From assembly GCA_963745035.1 (NCBI GenBank), contig CAVUVW010000014.1, forward strand, positions 32,001 through 96,000: DNA of 64,000 nt, read 5' to 3'. Positions 19,490 to 29,533 of the stretch are shown here, piece after piece. Made by a program: the position numbers and the translations under genes. How positions within the stretch are numbered: the first letter of the stretch is position 1; every line of letters begins with the position of its first letter. The notes beneath the pieces were generated by a model. That model was not told where the DNA came from. It did not search any database and saw only the letters and a list, made by a program, of their open reading frames with translations. This DNA comes from an uncultured delta proteobacterium. GTDB lineage: Bacteria; Desulfobacterota; Binatia; UBA9968.

Positions 19490-21475
19490 CTATTGACCGA
19501 TGACCTCTTCGGCTTTTTTTATGAGGGCGGGTGGAAGCGTCAAGCCGTTGTGCCGCGCCGCTTTGGTATTCAGAACTAATTTCGTTTTGCCGTAGGGAAT
19601 GAACGGAATTTTGGCAGGGTTCTCGCCGCGCATGACGCGAGCGGCCAACAAACCGGCTTCTCTTCCCGCGTCACCGTAGTCGCGTGCCAAGACGACCGCT
19701 GCGCCATAGCGCGCCTGAGAGGATTGAAAAGCAAAGATCGGCAATTTCGCTTTGTTGGCGGCTGCGGCGATACTCGGAAAAGCCGCGGCGGTGAGGTTTC
19801 CCGGAATCTGGCAAATCACATCGATGCGCTGACTCGTCAAAGCCAGCGCAGCGTCTGCCACGTCGGCACTGGTATTGGCTGCCACGGCGACGACCTTGAA
19901 GTCAAGTTTTCGCGCCGCCTCATTCAACTGCTCTCGGTGGTAAACCATGTTGACTTCCGCCGGCACAAATAAAGTTCCGAGCACCCGCACGTCGGGCCGT
20001 ATCTGGCGAATCAGTTCGAGCATCTCGGCATAAGCGGCGGTGTTGTAGACCCCGGTCACGTTGGGCAAATGATCCTCGTCGCTCCGGCCCGCTCCCGCCG
20101 CCACCGCGTTGGCCAGATAGGTAAAGACGATGGGTTTTCCCGCCGCGCGTTTGAGCGCGGCCTGCAGTGTCGGCGTCGACAGCGTGATCAACAAGTCCGC
20201 TCCCTCGGTGATCGCGGCATCCACCAAGCTGTTCACCGTCGCCATGTCGCCTTGCGCATTGCGAACGTCGACGACGTAATCCCGCCCCTCCTTCAAGCCG
20301 GATTCACGTAAGCCCGCGCGCACGCCGGCTTCGGATTCTTCGACATCTTGAACGTTGTTGTATTCGATGATTCGCACTTTCCACTTTTTTGCCAGCGGGC
20401 CTTGACTGTTATCGGCCGCCTGGCGCGGCGCCGCCTTGGTGCGCACTCCGGTTTCATTCACGAGAATATCCGCGCTGGCAGCGATGTCGTCTGGAATACG
20501 CCACGGATCCTTCAAGCCTCTCACGGCGAGTTGGTTGACCACCAATCGCCGCGGCGAGAAATCACGCACGGGTATCTGAGCCGGATCGGCGCCGCGAATG
20601 ATGTCCACCGCCAATTTTCCCGTGAGTTTACCGATTTCGTGAAAATTGGCGCCGAGATCGAGGATCGTACCGCGCTCGGGATCGCCGGGAGAAATACCGA
20701 AAGCCGGAATGCGCGCTTTTTTCGCGGCGCTCAGGACCGAGTTCAAGGCAGAAAGTATCGTATTGTCTCCAGGCACCCACAACGCCTCGGCCCCTCGTGA
20801 AGCGAGCGAACTAGCGGCTTCAAGGACGCCCGATGAATTATCTACATGCGCTTCCAAAAGCTCGATTTGTAATTCCTGCGCAGCCTTGCGCGCCTGGCCG
20901 ACGAACCCTACGGAATTCGACTCTGCGGGATTCCAGGCCACGCCCACCGTTTTGAGGCGCGGAAACATTTTACGTGCGAGCTGAAAAGATTGGTCCACAG
21001 GAAGAGGAATGCCGGTTCCTACGAGATGACGCGGGTGGTCCAACGGAGCATCGCGTCTAAGCCCAACGCCTGCCGCGAAAGGATCGGCCACCAAACCAAA
21101 GACGTGAATGGCCTTGCCCTTCGTGTTCGCCTTGGCCACCGCCTGCATGGCCGGAGTGCTGAAGGTCATGACCATATCGAACTGGCCGTCGGTGACTTGC
21201 CGCGCGATGGCGTTGAGCGTCGCCATGTCGCCTTCGGCGTTGTACTGGCGAAGCGCTATATTTTGCCCGTCGATAAACCCGTTCTCGCGCAACGTCTCGA
21301 GGGCTCCCTCGAGACCTTCGACGAGCACGGGTTGAGAGGACAAGAGGACAATCGCGACCTGGGGAACTCGCTGTGCCGCGGGTCGCCGCTGATGCCAGTC
21401 CGAAGCAAGCAGGAGCACCGCCGTCAGAGCAATGAGAGAGAAACCCAAAGATAATCGCGCAATCACCGAACGCAT
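19490..21475 (-). CDS. Tandem (two-domain) ABC substrate-binding protein, ABC_sub_bind family
   Basis: N-terminal anchor then two repeats containing NAEGDMAT/NAQGDMAT, STPAMQA/STPTLQA, NPAESNS/VPAEVN. Confidence 0.9.
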   Translation of the reverse strand: MRSVIARLSLGFSLIALTAVLLLASDWHQRRPAAQRVPQVAIVLLSSQPVLVEGLEGALETLRENGFIDGQNIALRQYNAEGDMATLNAIARQVTDGQFDMVMTFSTPAMQAVAKANTKGKAIHVFGLVADPFAAGVGLRRDAPLDHPRHLVGTGIPLPVDQSFQLARKMFPRLKTVGVAWNPAESNSVGFVGQARKAAQELQIELLEAHVDNSSGVLEAASSLASRGAEALWVPGDNTILSALNSVLSAAKKARIPAFGISPGDPERGTILDLGANFHEIGKLTGKLAVDIIRGADPAQIPVRDFSPRRLVVNQLAVRGLKDPWRIPDDIAASADILVNETGVRTKAAPRQAADNSQGPLAKKWKVRIIEYNNVQDVEESEAGVRAGLRESGLKEGRDYVVDVRNAQGDMATVNSLVDAAITEGADLLITLSTPTLQAALKRAAGKPIVFTYLANAVAAGAGRSDEDHLPNVTGVYNTAAYAEMLELIRQIRPDVRVLGTLFVPAEVNMVYHREQLNEAARKLDFKVVAVAANTSADVADAALALTSQRIDVICQIPGNLTAAAFPSIAAAANKAKLPIFAFQSSQARYGAAVVLARDYGDAGREAGLLAARVMRGENPAKIPFIPYGKTKLVLNTKAARHNGLTLPPALIKKAEEVIGQ

Positions 21476-21820
21476 GGAACCTGTATGTCCATGCTACTTT
21501 TTACAGACTCTGTCAACAAAATCGCTAACCAAACGATTTGGCTCCAACCGAGCGCCGACCGATGGGTAGAGTAGAGAACAGGCTCATCATTCTTACTGAC
21601 TTCCCTCGACTATAAAGATCACGACGAATGGATGCGAACATCCAGGACAGCAGCCCTGAGAATTTTTCCGGATGAATACCAGTTATTGCAAAGCGGCCGA
21701 ATAGCGCTAGTCTTTGATTGTCTGAATCTGAATCGACCGATTCTAAAAGTACGCGATCATCGACGGCGTCCGGCGCTGCTCTTTGCCGGATAGGGTCAAA
21801 AATTCAGGAGGGATCTCGAT

Positions 21821-22936
21821 ATGAGCGGAGCGACTCCACAAAGCGCGCAGCAGGAAAGAAATGTAGCACAAGCCAAAGAAGCGTATACGGCGAAGGCATA
21901 TGCGGCTGGAAGTCCTACTTCCGGCGTGGCGCCATCCACCATTCGGCGCCGCATCCCGGGGCCGAAGGATGTGCAGATCGATATTTTGTTCTGCGGGGTG
22001 TGCCATTCGGATCTGCACCAGGTGCGCAACGAGTGGCAGAACGCCATGCCGACAGTTTATCCCTGCGTTCCGGGGCACGAAATCGTCGGTCGAGTGGCCA
22101 AAACGGGGAACGCCGTGTCGAAGTTCAAAACCGGCGACCTCGCCGCGGTCGGCTGCATGGTGGACTCCTGCCGCACGTGCGCGTCGTGCCGCGCCGGCGA
22201 AGAGCAGTACTGCGACAGCTTTCCCACGCTCACCTACAACGGCGAAGACAAACATCTGGGTGGCGTAACCTACGGCGGCTATTCCGAGAGCGTTGTGGTG
22301 GACGAAGCCTTTGTCCTGCGCGTCTCGGATGAATCGGATCTCGCCGGGACGGCGCCGCTGCTATGCGCCGGTATCACCACTTACTCGCCGCTCCGTCACT
22401 GGAAGGTCGGCAAAGGCCAGAAGGTCGGCATCGTGGGACTCGGCGGGCTGGGTCACATGGGCGTGAAATTCGCCAACGCCTTCGGCGCCGAGGTCGTGCT
22501 CTTCACCACCTCCGCCAACAAGATCGCGGACGGGCGGCGCCTTGGCGCGCACGAAGTGGTGGTGTCAAAAAATACCGCCGAAATGAAAAAGCATGCGCTG
22601 AGCTTTGACTTCATCCTGGACACGGTTTCAGCGCAGCACGACTTGAACGCCTATCTCGAGTTGCTGAAGCGGGACGGCACACTCACCATGGTCGGCGCGC
22701 CGGAAAAACCGCTGCCGATCGAAATCTTTGGCCTGTTGCCGAAGCGGCGGCAGATCGCCGGCTCCAGCATCGGGGGCACCCGCGAGACCCAGGAAATGCT
22801 CGATTTTTGCGCCAAGCACAAGATCAGTTCGGACGTGGAAGTGATCGGCGCCCGGCAGATCAACGAAGCCTACGAGCGCCTGCTCAAGAGCGACGTGAAA
22901 TATCGCTTCGTCATCGATGCAGCTTCGTTGAAATAA
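21821..22936 (+). CDS. Zn-dependent NAD(P)H alcohol dehydrogenase (CAD/YahK family)
   Basis: CGVCHSDLH, PGHEIVG, CRTCASC...C, PLLCAGITTYSP, GLGGLGHMG, DVKYRFVID. Confidence 0.95.
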   Translation: MSGATPQSAQQERNVAQAKEAYTAKAYAAGSPTSGVAPSTIRRRIPGPKDVQIDILFCGVCHSDLHQVRNEWQNAMPTVYPCVPGHEIVGRVAKTGNAVSKFKTGDLAAVGCMVDSCRTCASCRAGEEQYCDSFPTLTYNGEDKHLGGVTYGGYSESVVVDEAFVLRVSDESDLAGTAPLLCAGITTYSPLRHWKVGKGQKVGIVGLGGLGHMGVKFANAFGAEVVLFTTSANKIADGRRLGAHEVVVSKNTAEMKKHALSFDFILDTVSAQHDLNAYLELLKRDGTLTMVGAPEKPLPIEIFGLLPKRRQIAGSSIGGTRETQEMLDFCAKHKISSDVEVIGARQINEAYERLLKSDVKYRFVIDAASLK

Positions 22937-23221
22937 CCGGCGAACTCGAAACACTTCGACAAGCCCGGCACTGCGGACTTGTGTTCAAACGGTTTTTTCC
23001 TGCGAGATAAGAAAGGATCCCAGAAGGATCCAGGTAAAGTCTTGCGTTAACACATCGTGACGTGAGTAGACCGTATCTTCGACGGTTAAATTGTCGGTAA
23101 TCACGACGTCACTTTGACAGGTCGAAGGCTTCGTTCGCTTCCGACAGGAACTTTTGGACTTCTTCACGGCTTTTGCGGTCGGCGGAATCTTCGCAGGAGC
23201 ACGGCAGTAGGGCGTGGACGT

Positions 23222-23440
23222 GAGGTTAACGCTTGTGTTGCGACAATAGAATAATTTGACCACCTTAGAACGGTATCTTAATCACTCCGCTCGTTCGTCA
23301 GTGCAACAGGGAGAATCTCACACTAGAGGTTGTAGAATCTCTTGGCGTTGCGCCGAGTATCATGGCTTTGTGCTTTCGTTGATATCCTTCCGTTCGAGAA
23401 TTTCATTGATCTCATGCAATGCGTCTTCCATCGCGATTTC
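23222..23440 (-). pseudogene. 3' remnant of an amidohydrolase_2 gene plus downstream DNA, copy 1
   Basis: EIAMEDALHEINEILERKDINESTK...NAKRFYNL*; homologous to 28177-28396. Confidence 0.55.
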
Positions 23441-23671
23441 GAATTCGCGGGGTCGGAAAAAGGGACGCGAACCTTTTCTTGACGAATTGGCTTTGATATA
23501 GCGTGCCGCGATGCCTCGACGAGCGCGCATTGCTCCGGGTGAGCTGGAATCGCGCGACCGGACGAGCCGAACTTTTCAAAACCGGCGACGCAACGAATCG
23601 GCATGAAACCCGAACCTGAAAATGAACCGCAAAATGTGTTTGGACGACACGGACAGCCTGCGGAGGTCAAG

Positions 23672-24712
23672 ATGAAACGCCTCAGCCGTTGGCGTGTATT
23701 CGTTTTTGCCGGGCTGGTTCTTTTCCCCAGCGACGGCAGCACGCAGGCCCCTTATTACGCGGGGAAAACCATTACCGTCATCGAAGGAAACAGCGCGGGA
23801 GGTATCGCTGACTTAAGAACCAAATCTATCATGCAGTTTTTGCAAAAGTACATTCCCGGAAATCCGACGATCGTTACCCAATATGTTCCGGGAGGAGGGG
23901 GCCGACAGGCGGCCAATCAGGTCTATCGCGCAGCCGCGGACGGACTGACGATCGGCGCCACCTCGCCGGGCGTGCTCTCGAGCGCCGTGCTCGGCGAAAC
24001 CGGTGTCGAATACGACCCTTACAAGTTCATCTATCTCGGGTCGCCTTTCAGCGAGAACATCAATATGTTCGCGACCCGAAAAGCTCTCGGCATCAACAGC
24101 CTGGAAAAATTGCGCGCTGCTTCGGGGATCCGCATCGGCGCCCAATCGGTGGGACACGTACAGTACATTCGCGGACGGCTGTTCGCCTGGCTCTTGGATA
24201 TCAAAGATCCGCGATTTGTCGTGGGCTACTCAGGAGCCGAGTTGGATATAGCTTTGGAGCGAGGGGAAGTCGACGCGCGAGCGGCAACACTGGACATGCG
24301 GGCGCTGACGGAGTCCTACCAAAATCTCGTCGATTTCCATGTCATTCTGGAGAATCCCAAAGGACAGCGTCCCCCTCAATTTGCCCATTTGCCTGAAATC
24401 GAATCCTTCGTGCGCTCCGGCATCGAGAGTCGACTCATGGCCCTGGCGCGGACTTTTTGGGGCGTCGGAACGCTCAAGTATCTGCCGCCGGGCACACCGA
24501 ACAAACTCGCCGAGATCCTCAGGCAAGCCGTTCGCGATACTTTCAAAGATCGCCAATTTCACGAACAGTATAAAAAAGTTATTGGAGTCTATCCGACGCC
24601 GCTGATGGGTGAGGAGCAGCAGAAACTTGTTGCGGCGCTGCCGCGGGATAACGAGGTCATCAAGGTTTTTAAAACCATCTCTGGAATAGATCCCCTTCCG
24701 CCCCGCAAGTAA
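23672..24712 (+). CDS. Bug/TctC-like tripartite tricarboxylate transporter substrate-binding protein
   Basis: Signal peptide, YYAGKTIT, KYIPGNPTIV...PGGGGRQAAN, DGLTIG, GYSGAELDIALERGEVD; GGAGG RBS. Confidence 0.85.
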   Translation: MKRLSRWRVFVFAGLVLFPSDGSTQAPYYAGKTITVIEGNSAGGIADLRTKSIMQFLQKYIPGNPTIVTQYVPGGGGRQAANQVYRAAADGLTIGATSPGVLSSAVLGETGVEYDPYKFIYLGSPFSENINMFATRKALGINSLEKLRAASGIRIGAQSVGHVQYIRGRLFAWLLDIKDPRFVVGYSGAELDIALERGEVDARAATLDMRALTESYQNLVDFHVILENPKGQRPPQFAHLPEIESFVRSGIESRLMALARTFWGVGTLKYLPPGTPNKLAEILRQAVRDTFKDRQFHEQYKKVIGVYPTPLMGEEQQKLVAALPRDNEVIKVFKTISGIDPLPPRK

Positions 24713-24829
24713 ATGAAATGAACCGTCGTTGCGGGCGGGGGGCCGACGCGAACACGCGCCGCCTTCTTGTCGCTCGTTCAACCGTTCAAACCATTACAAA
24801 TAGGCATCAGGCGTTAGGCAACAGGCAAC

Positions 24830-25060
24830 AGTAGGAGGCGGTCGGCGGCGGGGAGCGGAGGATGCAACTCGCCGGCGGCCATACTTGCAGCACCTGGTGG
24901 AAGCCTTTCATGTCGATTTCCGCCTGTTTGGGCACGACGCCGCGGTCCGGGTCGAAGTAGAGGGAAAAGTCTGCCGCGCGATCGCTTGGCTCGACCCCGT
25001 GGTATCGACGACCATTTTACCCGCGCGATCTTTAACAGCGGAGTCTCGCGTTCGTAGAAC
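24830..25060 (-). pseudogene. C-terminal remnant of a substrate-binding protein
   Basis: Manual translation FSLYFDPDRGVVPKQAEIDMKGFHQVLQV with broken frame. Confidence 0.35.
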
Positions 25061-25079
25061 GTACCACTGCGGGCAATTA

Positions 25080-25406
25080 TTAGTAGTCGGGCCGGTCATA
25101 TGCGCGGCATGGCCCCAGTACCGTCATCGCGATGATGACGCGCCGCACATCGCGCTTGTTTCTGAACAGTCTATTTCCGCGGTGATGACTCCTCGATCGC
25201 TGGACTGGAGTCGCTGGCGCTTCGGGCAGGCGCTCACGGCTGATGACAGATGGCGGTGCTGGCGGCGCTGCTTGCCGGCGCATGCCCATATCTGGAATGC
25301 GACCGGAACTGGACGGTGGAGGTTGATAGCGCCGGCGCATGCGCTCGAGGGCGTAGTTCGCCAGCGGGATCAAAATGAAAATCAGCAGGAGAATAATCAC
25401 TTCCAT
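25080..25406 (-). CDS. Small membrane-anchored protein downstream of floA (YqfB-like position)
   Basis: N-terminal TM, Pro/Arg-rich linker, C-terminal RRVIIAMTVLGPCRA; operonic with floA. Confidence 0.7.
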   Translation of the reverse strand: MEVIILLLIFILIPLANYALERMRRRYQPPPSSSGRIPDMGMRRQAAPPAPPSVISRERLPEAPATPVQRSRSHHRGNRLFRNKRDVRRVIIAMTVLGPCRAYDRPDY

Positions 25407-25418
25407 AAAAGAGCGTCC

Positions 25419-26402
25419 TCAGCGTCTTTGCCCGGACGCTGGATCTTCGCCGCTTTCGGCGATGGAATCGCGCATCGAAGTATCGGCCTGTACATTCTTC
25501 ATACGATAATAATCCATGATGCCAAGATTACCTTGCCGAAACGCTTCCGACATCGCTCGCGGCACCTCGGCCTCGGCTTCAACGACGCGAGCCCGCATCT
25601 CCTGTTCCAACGCCACCGCCATCGCGCGGCGTTCCTCCGCCTTGGCTTGGGCAATCTGCTTATCGGCGTTGGCCTGATCGATTTGCAGCTTGGCGCCGAT
25701 GTTCTCGCCCACATCCACATCGGCGATATCGATGGAAAGAATCTCGTAAGCGGTGCCAGCGTCCAACCCTTTGGTCAAAACGTGCTTGGAAATATGGTCG
25801 GGATTCTCGAGCACGTCCTTGTGCGACGCCGAGGAACCGATCGTGCTTACCATGCCTTCGCCGACACGCGCGATGATCGTCTCCTCACCAGCGCCCCCGA
25901 CCAGCCGGTCAATATTGGTGCGCACGGTGACCCGGGAAACTGCGATGAGCTGAATGCCGTCTTTCGCCACAGCGGCGATCTTCGGCGTTTCAATCACCTT
26001 CGGAATAACCGACATTTTAACCGCCTCCAAAACATCGCGACCGGCTAGATCGATGGCAGCGGCGCGCTTGAACGGCAACGGAATGTTCGCTTTATCCGCT
26101 GAGATCATGGCATGGACGAGCCGCACGACGTTGCCGCCCGCCAGGTAATGCGCTTCGAGATCATTGAGCGAAATATCCAAACCCGCCTTGACCGCGCTAA
26201 TGCGCGCGGTGATGACAGTGCCGGGAGGCACCCGTCTGAAGCGCATCCCGATAAGAGTCAACAGTCCGACATAGGCGCCGGATGCCCATGCCGCGATCCA
26301 CAACGGGAGCGGAACCAGGTACAGGACAAACACAAGGCCGACAACGAGCAGCAGCAAGATCGCAATGCCGCCGGCGAGACCGGTTTCAAATCCACCCATC
26401 AT
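25419..26402 (-). CDS. floA: Flotillin-like protein FloA (YqfA)
   Basis: [63 protein letters not shown]. Confidence 0.95.
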   Translation of the reverse strand: MMGGFETGLAGGIAILLLLVVGLVFVLYLVPLPLWIAAWASGAYVGLLTLIGMRFRRVPPGTVITARISAVKAGLDISLNDLEAHYLAGGNVVRLVHAMISADKANIPLPFKRAAAIDLAGRDVLEAVKMSVIPKVIETPKIAAVAKDGIQLIAVSRVTVRTNIDRLVGGAGEETIIARVGEGMVSTIGSSASHKDVLENPDHISKHVLTKGLDAGTAYEILSIDIADVDVGENIGAKLQIDQANADKQIAQAKAEERRAMAVALEQEMRARVVEAEAEVPRAMSEAFRQGNLGIMDYYRMKNVQADTSMRDSIAESGEDPASGQRR

Positions 26403-26418
26403 TCAGCTCCTTTCCAGT

Positions 26419-27867
26419 TCATGTGCGCTGGCGGCGCACGACAATTCGATTGCCGTCGACGCGGCTTACCGTGACCGCCACGCCGCTGTCGATGAATTCA
26501 CCGTCGGAAACCACGTCCACGCGTTGGGCCTCGATGTCGGCAATGCCGGCTGGCCGCAACGGCGTTAGCGTCGTGCCGCTCTTGCCGAGCAAATGCCGGT
26601 CTTCCTCGGGCGCCGACGCATACCCGGCACCAGGGGCAAGCCCCGTATCGAGAATCAACCGCCGCCCGAACGGCAGGCGCGGCAAAAATTTCAGCAAGAG
26701 CAGACTCACCGCGACCGCGAACAAAAGCGAAAAAACCACCTGACCCACGGCCCTCAAAATAAACTCCCAGCTCGCGCCGCCGCCAACAAGGCTCAAGCTC
26801 AGGCCCGCCAAGAGCGCGCCGATGCCGAGCACTCCGGCGATGCCGAAGCCCGGAATCACGAAAATTTCCAGAATCAAGAGCACGAGCCCCGAGGTGAAAA
26901 GTAGCAGCTCCTCCCAGCCCGCCAGCTGGACCAGCCAGTGACCCCAGAAAAACAATGCTAGACTGGCGATGCCCAAACCGCCGGGTACGCCGAACCCCGG
27001 CGTACGTATCTCGATGATGATGCCGAGCATGCCGACCGTCATGAGCAAAGAGCCGACAATCGGATGGGTTATAAAACGCACCAACTCTTCGGCCCAATTC
27101 GGCGTGAGTCGTCGCACTTCCGCTCCCTCGAGATCGAGCTGTTTAAGCACGGCCTCGATCGAGTTGCCGCGAAAATCCGCGATCTTGTGCTTGAGAGCTT
27201 CGTCGGTGGTGAGCGTCAGCAGCTTGCCTTTCTGAACGAGACCTTTGATTTCGATGTCCGCATCGACCATCGCCTCGGCAATCAGCGGCGGGCGCTTGCG
27301 CGCTTCCGCCGTGGCGCGAAACTCTTTGCGCACGTAGGAGACCGTTTTCTCGGACACCGCCTCCGGCGCGCCGCCCTGTCCCATCTGCACCGGAGTCGCC
27401 GCGCCAATCGTGCCGCCGTCGGCCATGGCGATTCGTTCAGCCGCGAGGCTGATCAGCGCACCCGCGGAGATGGCTCGTTTGTTGATGAAGGCAGCGGTTT
27501 TTACTTTAGCGTTGAGCAAGGCATCGCGAATCAGCACCGCCGCATCGACCCGGCCGCCGAATGTATTGATTTCTAGAATCACAGCAGCGGCGCCGGTAGC
27601 GACAGCCTCATCCAATACGCGCTGCACGAAAGGCGCGAGGCCGAGGTCGATCATGCCCTCGATGGGTGCGACAAACACCACCTTGGCGGATTGCGCCGAG
27701 AGGATTCGTTCCGGCTGGACGAGCGCAAGAGAACCGAACGTAAGGCTCAACAAGCCAGCACTCAATAACCCGCGGCTGATCTTGGCCCGCGTGCAAGCAA
27801 GCCTTGCAGCCAAGCGACAGCCGAAATCCTGCCGCAGCGCGTCTGTAAAAGATCGATAGTTCACCAT
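26419..27867 (-). CDS. nfeD: NfeD family membrane protein (ClpP-like N-domain, TM region, OB-fold)
   Basis: INTFGGRVDAA, AISAGALISL, IGAATPV, GKLLTLT, TPLRPAG, VDVVSDGEFI; directly upstream of floA. Confidence 0.9.
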   Translation of the reverse strand: MVNYRSFTDALRQDFGCRLAARLACTRAKISRGLLSAGLLSLTFGSLALVQPERILSAQSAKVVFVAPIEGMIDLGLAPFVQRVLDEAVATGAAAVILEINTFGGRVDAAVLIRDALLNAKVKTAAFINKRAISAGALISLAAERIAMADGGTIGAATPVQMGQGGAPEAVSEKTVSYVRKEFRATAEARKRPPLIAEAMVDADIEIKGLVQKGKLLTLTTDEALKHKIADFRGNSIEAVLKQLDLEGAEVRRLTPNWAEELVRFITHPIVGSLLMTVGMLGIIIEIRTPGFGVPGGLGIASLALFFWGHWLVQLAGWEELLLFTSGLVLLILEIFVIPGFGIAGVLGIGALLAGLSLSLVGGGASWEFILRAVGQVVFSLLFAVAVSLLLLKFLPRLPFGRRLILDTGLAPGAGYASAPEEDRHLLGKSGTTLTPLRPAGIADIEAQRVDVVSDGEFIDSGVAVTVSRVDGNRIVVRRQRT

Positions 27868-28176
27868 GGACTCGCCACGAAGCCGCATCGCGATACTCGA
27901 CAACGTAAGCAGTTGCCTCCCGGCACGGGCTTGAATGCAGTCACATTTATGGCTGCGGCACAGCTAAGCCATTTTTTTTCCGGCGGCAATGGGGCCCGCT
28001 TTAGTGCCGAAAGTCATATAACATTTGGATGCCATGCGATAGAGAGGCAAGTTTTTCTCGACTGATCGGATAGCTGATGAAATTTTGTGAGGCTGTCGTT
28101 TAGCCAGAAAGGGGGTCGAACTCGGGTCAGGCTTGCATAGATGAATTAACTGCAGGAACTCGGGTCGACAGCCACA

Positions 28177-28396
28177 GGGTCAGGTCTTGCGTTGCGACAA
28201 CGTACTTATTTGATCGCCTGACAACGGTTTCTAATCGTTCCGCTCGCATCTTCAGTGCAACAGGGAGAACCTCACACTAGAGGTTGTAGAATCTCTTGGC
28301 GTTTTCTCCGAGTATCATGGCTTTGTGCTTATCATTGATATCTTTCCGCTCGAGAATGTCATTGATTTCATGCAATGCGTCTTCCATGGCGATTTC
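28177..28396 (-). pseudogene. 3' remnant of an amidohydrolase_2 gene plus downstream DNA, copy 2
   Basis: HEIAMEDALHEINDILERKDINDKHKAMILGENAKRFYNL*; homologous to 23222-23440. Confidence 0.6.
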
Positions 28397-28489
28397 GTGT
28401 GGAAACTCCGACGCAAACACCCAGCCTGCGGACCGATCCGGTCGATGACGGTGAACGCAGGGACGACGTGATCGTGATCGGCCGTGCTT

Positions 28490-29395
28490 CTAGCGGTGAA
28501 CCGCTTGGTCGAAGGAAACACCCGCTTCCGGCGGGACGTCGAAAAGCTCCCGCGCGTGCATCCAGGCCTGTGTCTTTTCGAACATTTCTCGTGTGTAAGG
28601 CTGCGGCACGACCCGTTCGCCGACCCCGAATCGCCGAACATCGACCTGGTCACGAAACCGCTCGGGAATCTCGTTGATGAAGTAGCGTTTGTACCGCTCC
28701 GGTTCGACGTCGATATCCGCTTGCGCCTTGACGAGGGCGCGCATGTAGCGTTCGACGTCTACCGAATCCACATCGCGATGAAACATGAAGGCCATCATGA
28801 ACGTCGTCGAGACGATTCTCCGAAAGCCGTGCTGTTCCAAAAGGTATAATTGCGGTCCCCAGACGTTTACCGCCGGTATCTTCCGCGCTAAAGCTGCATC
28901 GACGCGCGACCAGGAAGAGCCGACAAATTTGAGAGAGATGTCTTCGCGCGCCAGAAACACCTCGAGCGCCTGCAGCGCGGAGTAATGACTGCCCGAATGG
29001 TATCCGACCGCGACGTCCGTGCGCGCGAGATCAGCGGGCAAGAAAACTCTCGAATCGCCCGGCACGACGATGGCCGCCTCACAGACGCTATAAGCCTTGC
29101 CCCACATAATCCCTTCTTCCACCTTCGCCGACTGGTTTACCGTCCAATGACAGGCACAACTTACATCGCCCGCGTCTTCTCCTTTGCGACCGTGCCCTTC
29201 CGCGTACCGTTCGAACGCGCCAAAGCGATTATCGTCGAGCGCGGCGGGCGAATCCACGGTCGCGAGCCGGGGCGTGTTCTTGCGGCTTCCTTCCACATTG
29301 AGCTCGTAGTCTAGACCTTCCGCGGCAAAATAGCCTTTTTCTTCGGCGACCCAATCGTTGAGCCTGCCGTGCGGCTGAATGATGAATTTCGCCAT
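28490..29395 (-). CDS. PBP2-fold (NMT1/THI5-like) protein lacking a signal peptide
   Basis: WVAEEKGYFAAEGLD, VAVGYHSGSHYS; starts MAKFIIQPHGRL with no hydrophobic leader. Confidence 0.7.
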   Translation of the reverse strand: MAKFIIQPHGRLNDWVAEEKGYFAAEGLDYELNVEGSRKNTPRLATVDSPAALDDNRFGAFERYAEGHGRKGEDAGDVSCACHWTVNQSAKVEEGIMWGKAYSVCEAAIVVPGDSRVFLPADLARTDVAVGYHSGSHYSALQALEVFLAREDISLKFVGSSWSRVDAALARKIPAVNVWGPQLYLLEQHGFRRIVSTTFMMAFMFHRDVDSVDVERYMRALVKAQADIDVEPERYKRYFINEIPERFRDQVDVRRFGVGERVVPQPYTREMFEKTQAWMHARELFDVPPEAGVSFDQAVHR

Positions 29396-29533
29396 ATATT
29401 TCTCCCCCGTCAGTGTTTTCTCTGCTCCAGTTTTAAAGTTCGTCTCTACCCCATAGAACCTGCGCGGGTTATCGTCGAGGATACTGTGGCCAAAAGAAGG
29501 CACCTTCGGGGTCAAGTTTTCTAATATCGCGAT

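Noticed and set aside
27905-28020. Riboswitch upstream of nfeD
   Set aside because: Hairpins are present but there is no match to any riboswitch consensus I know
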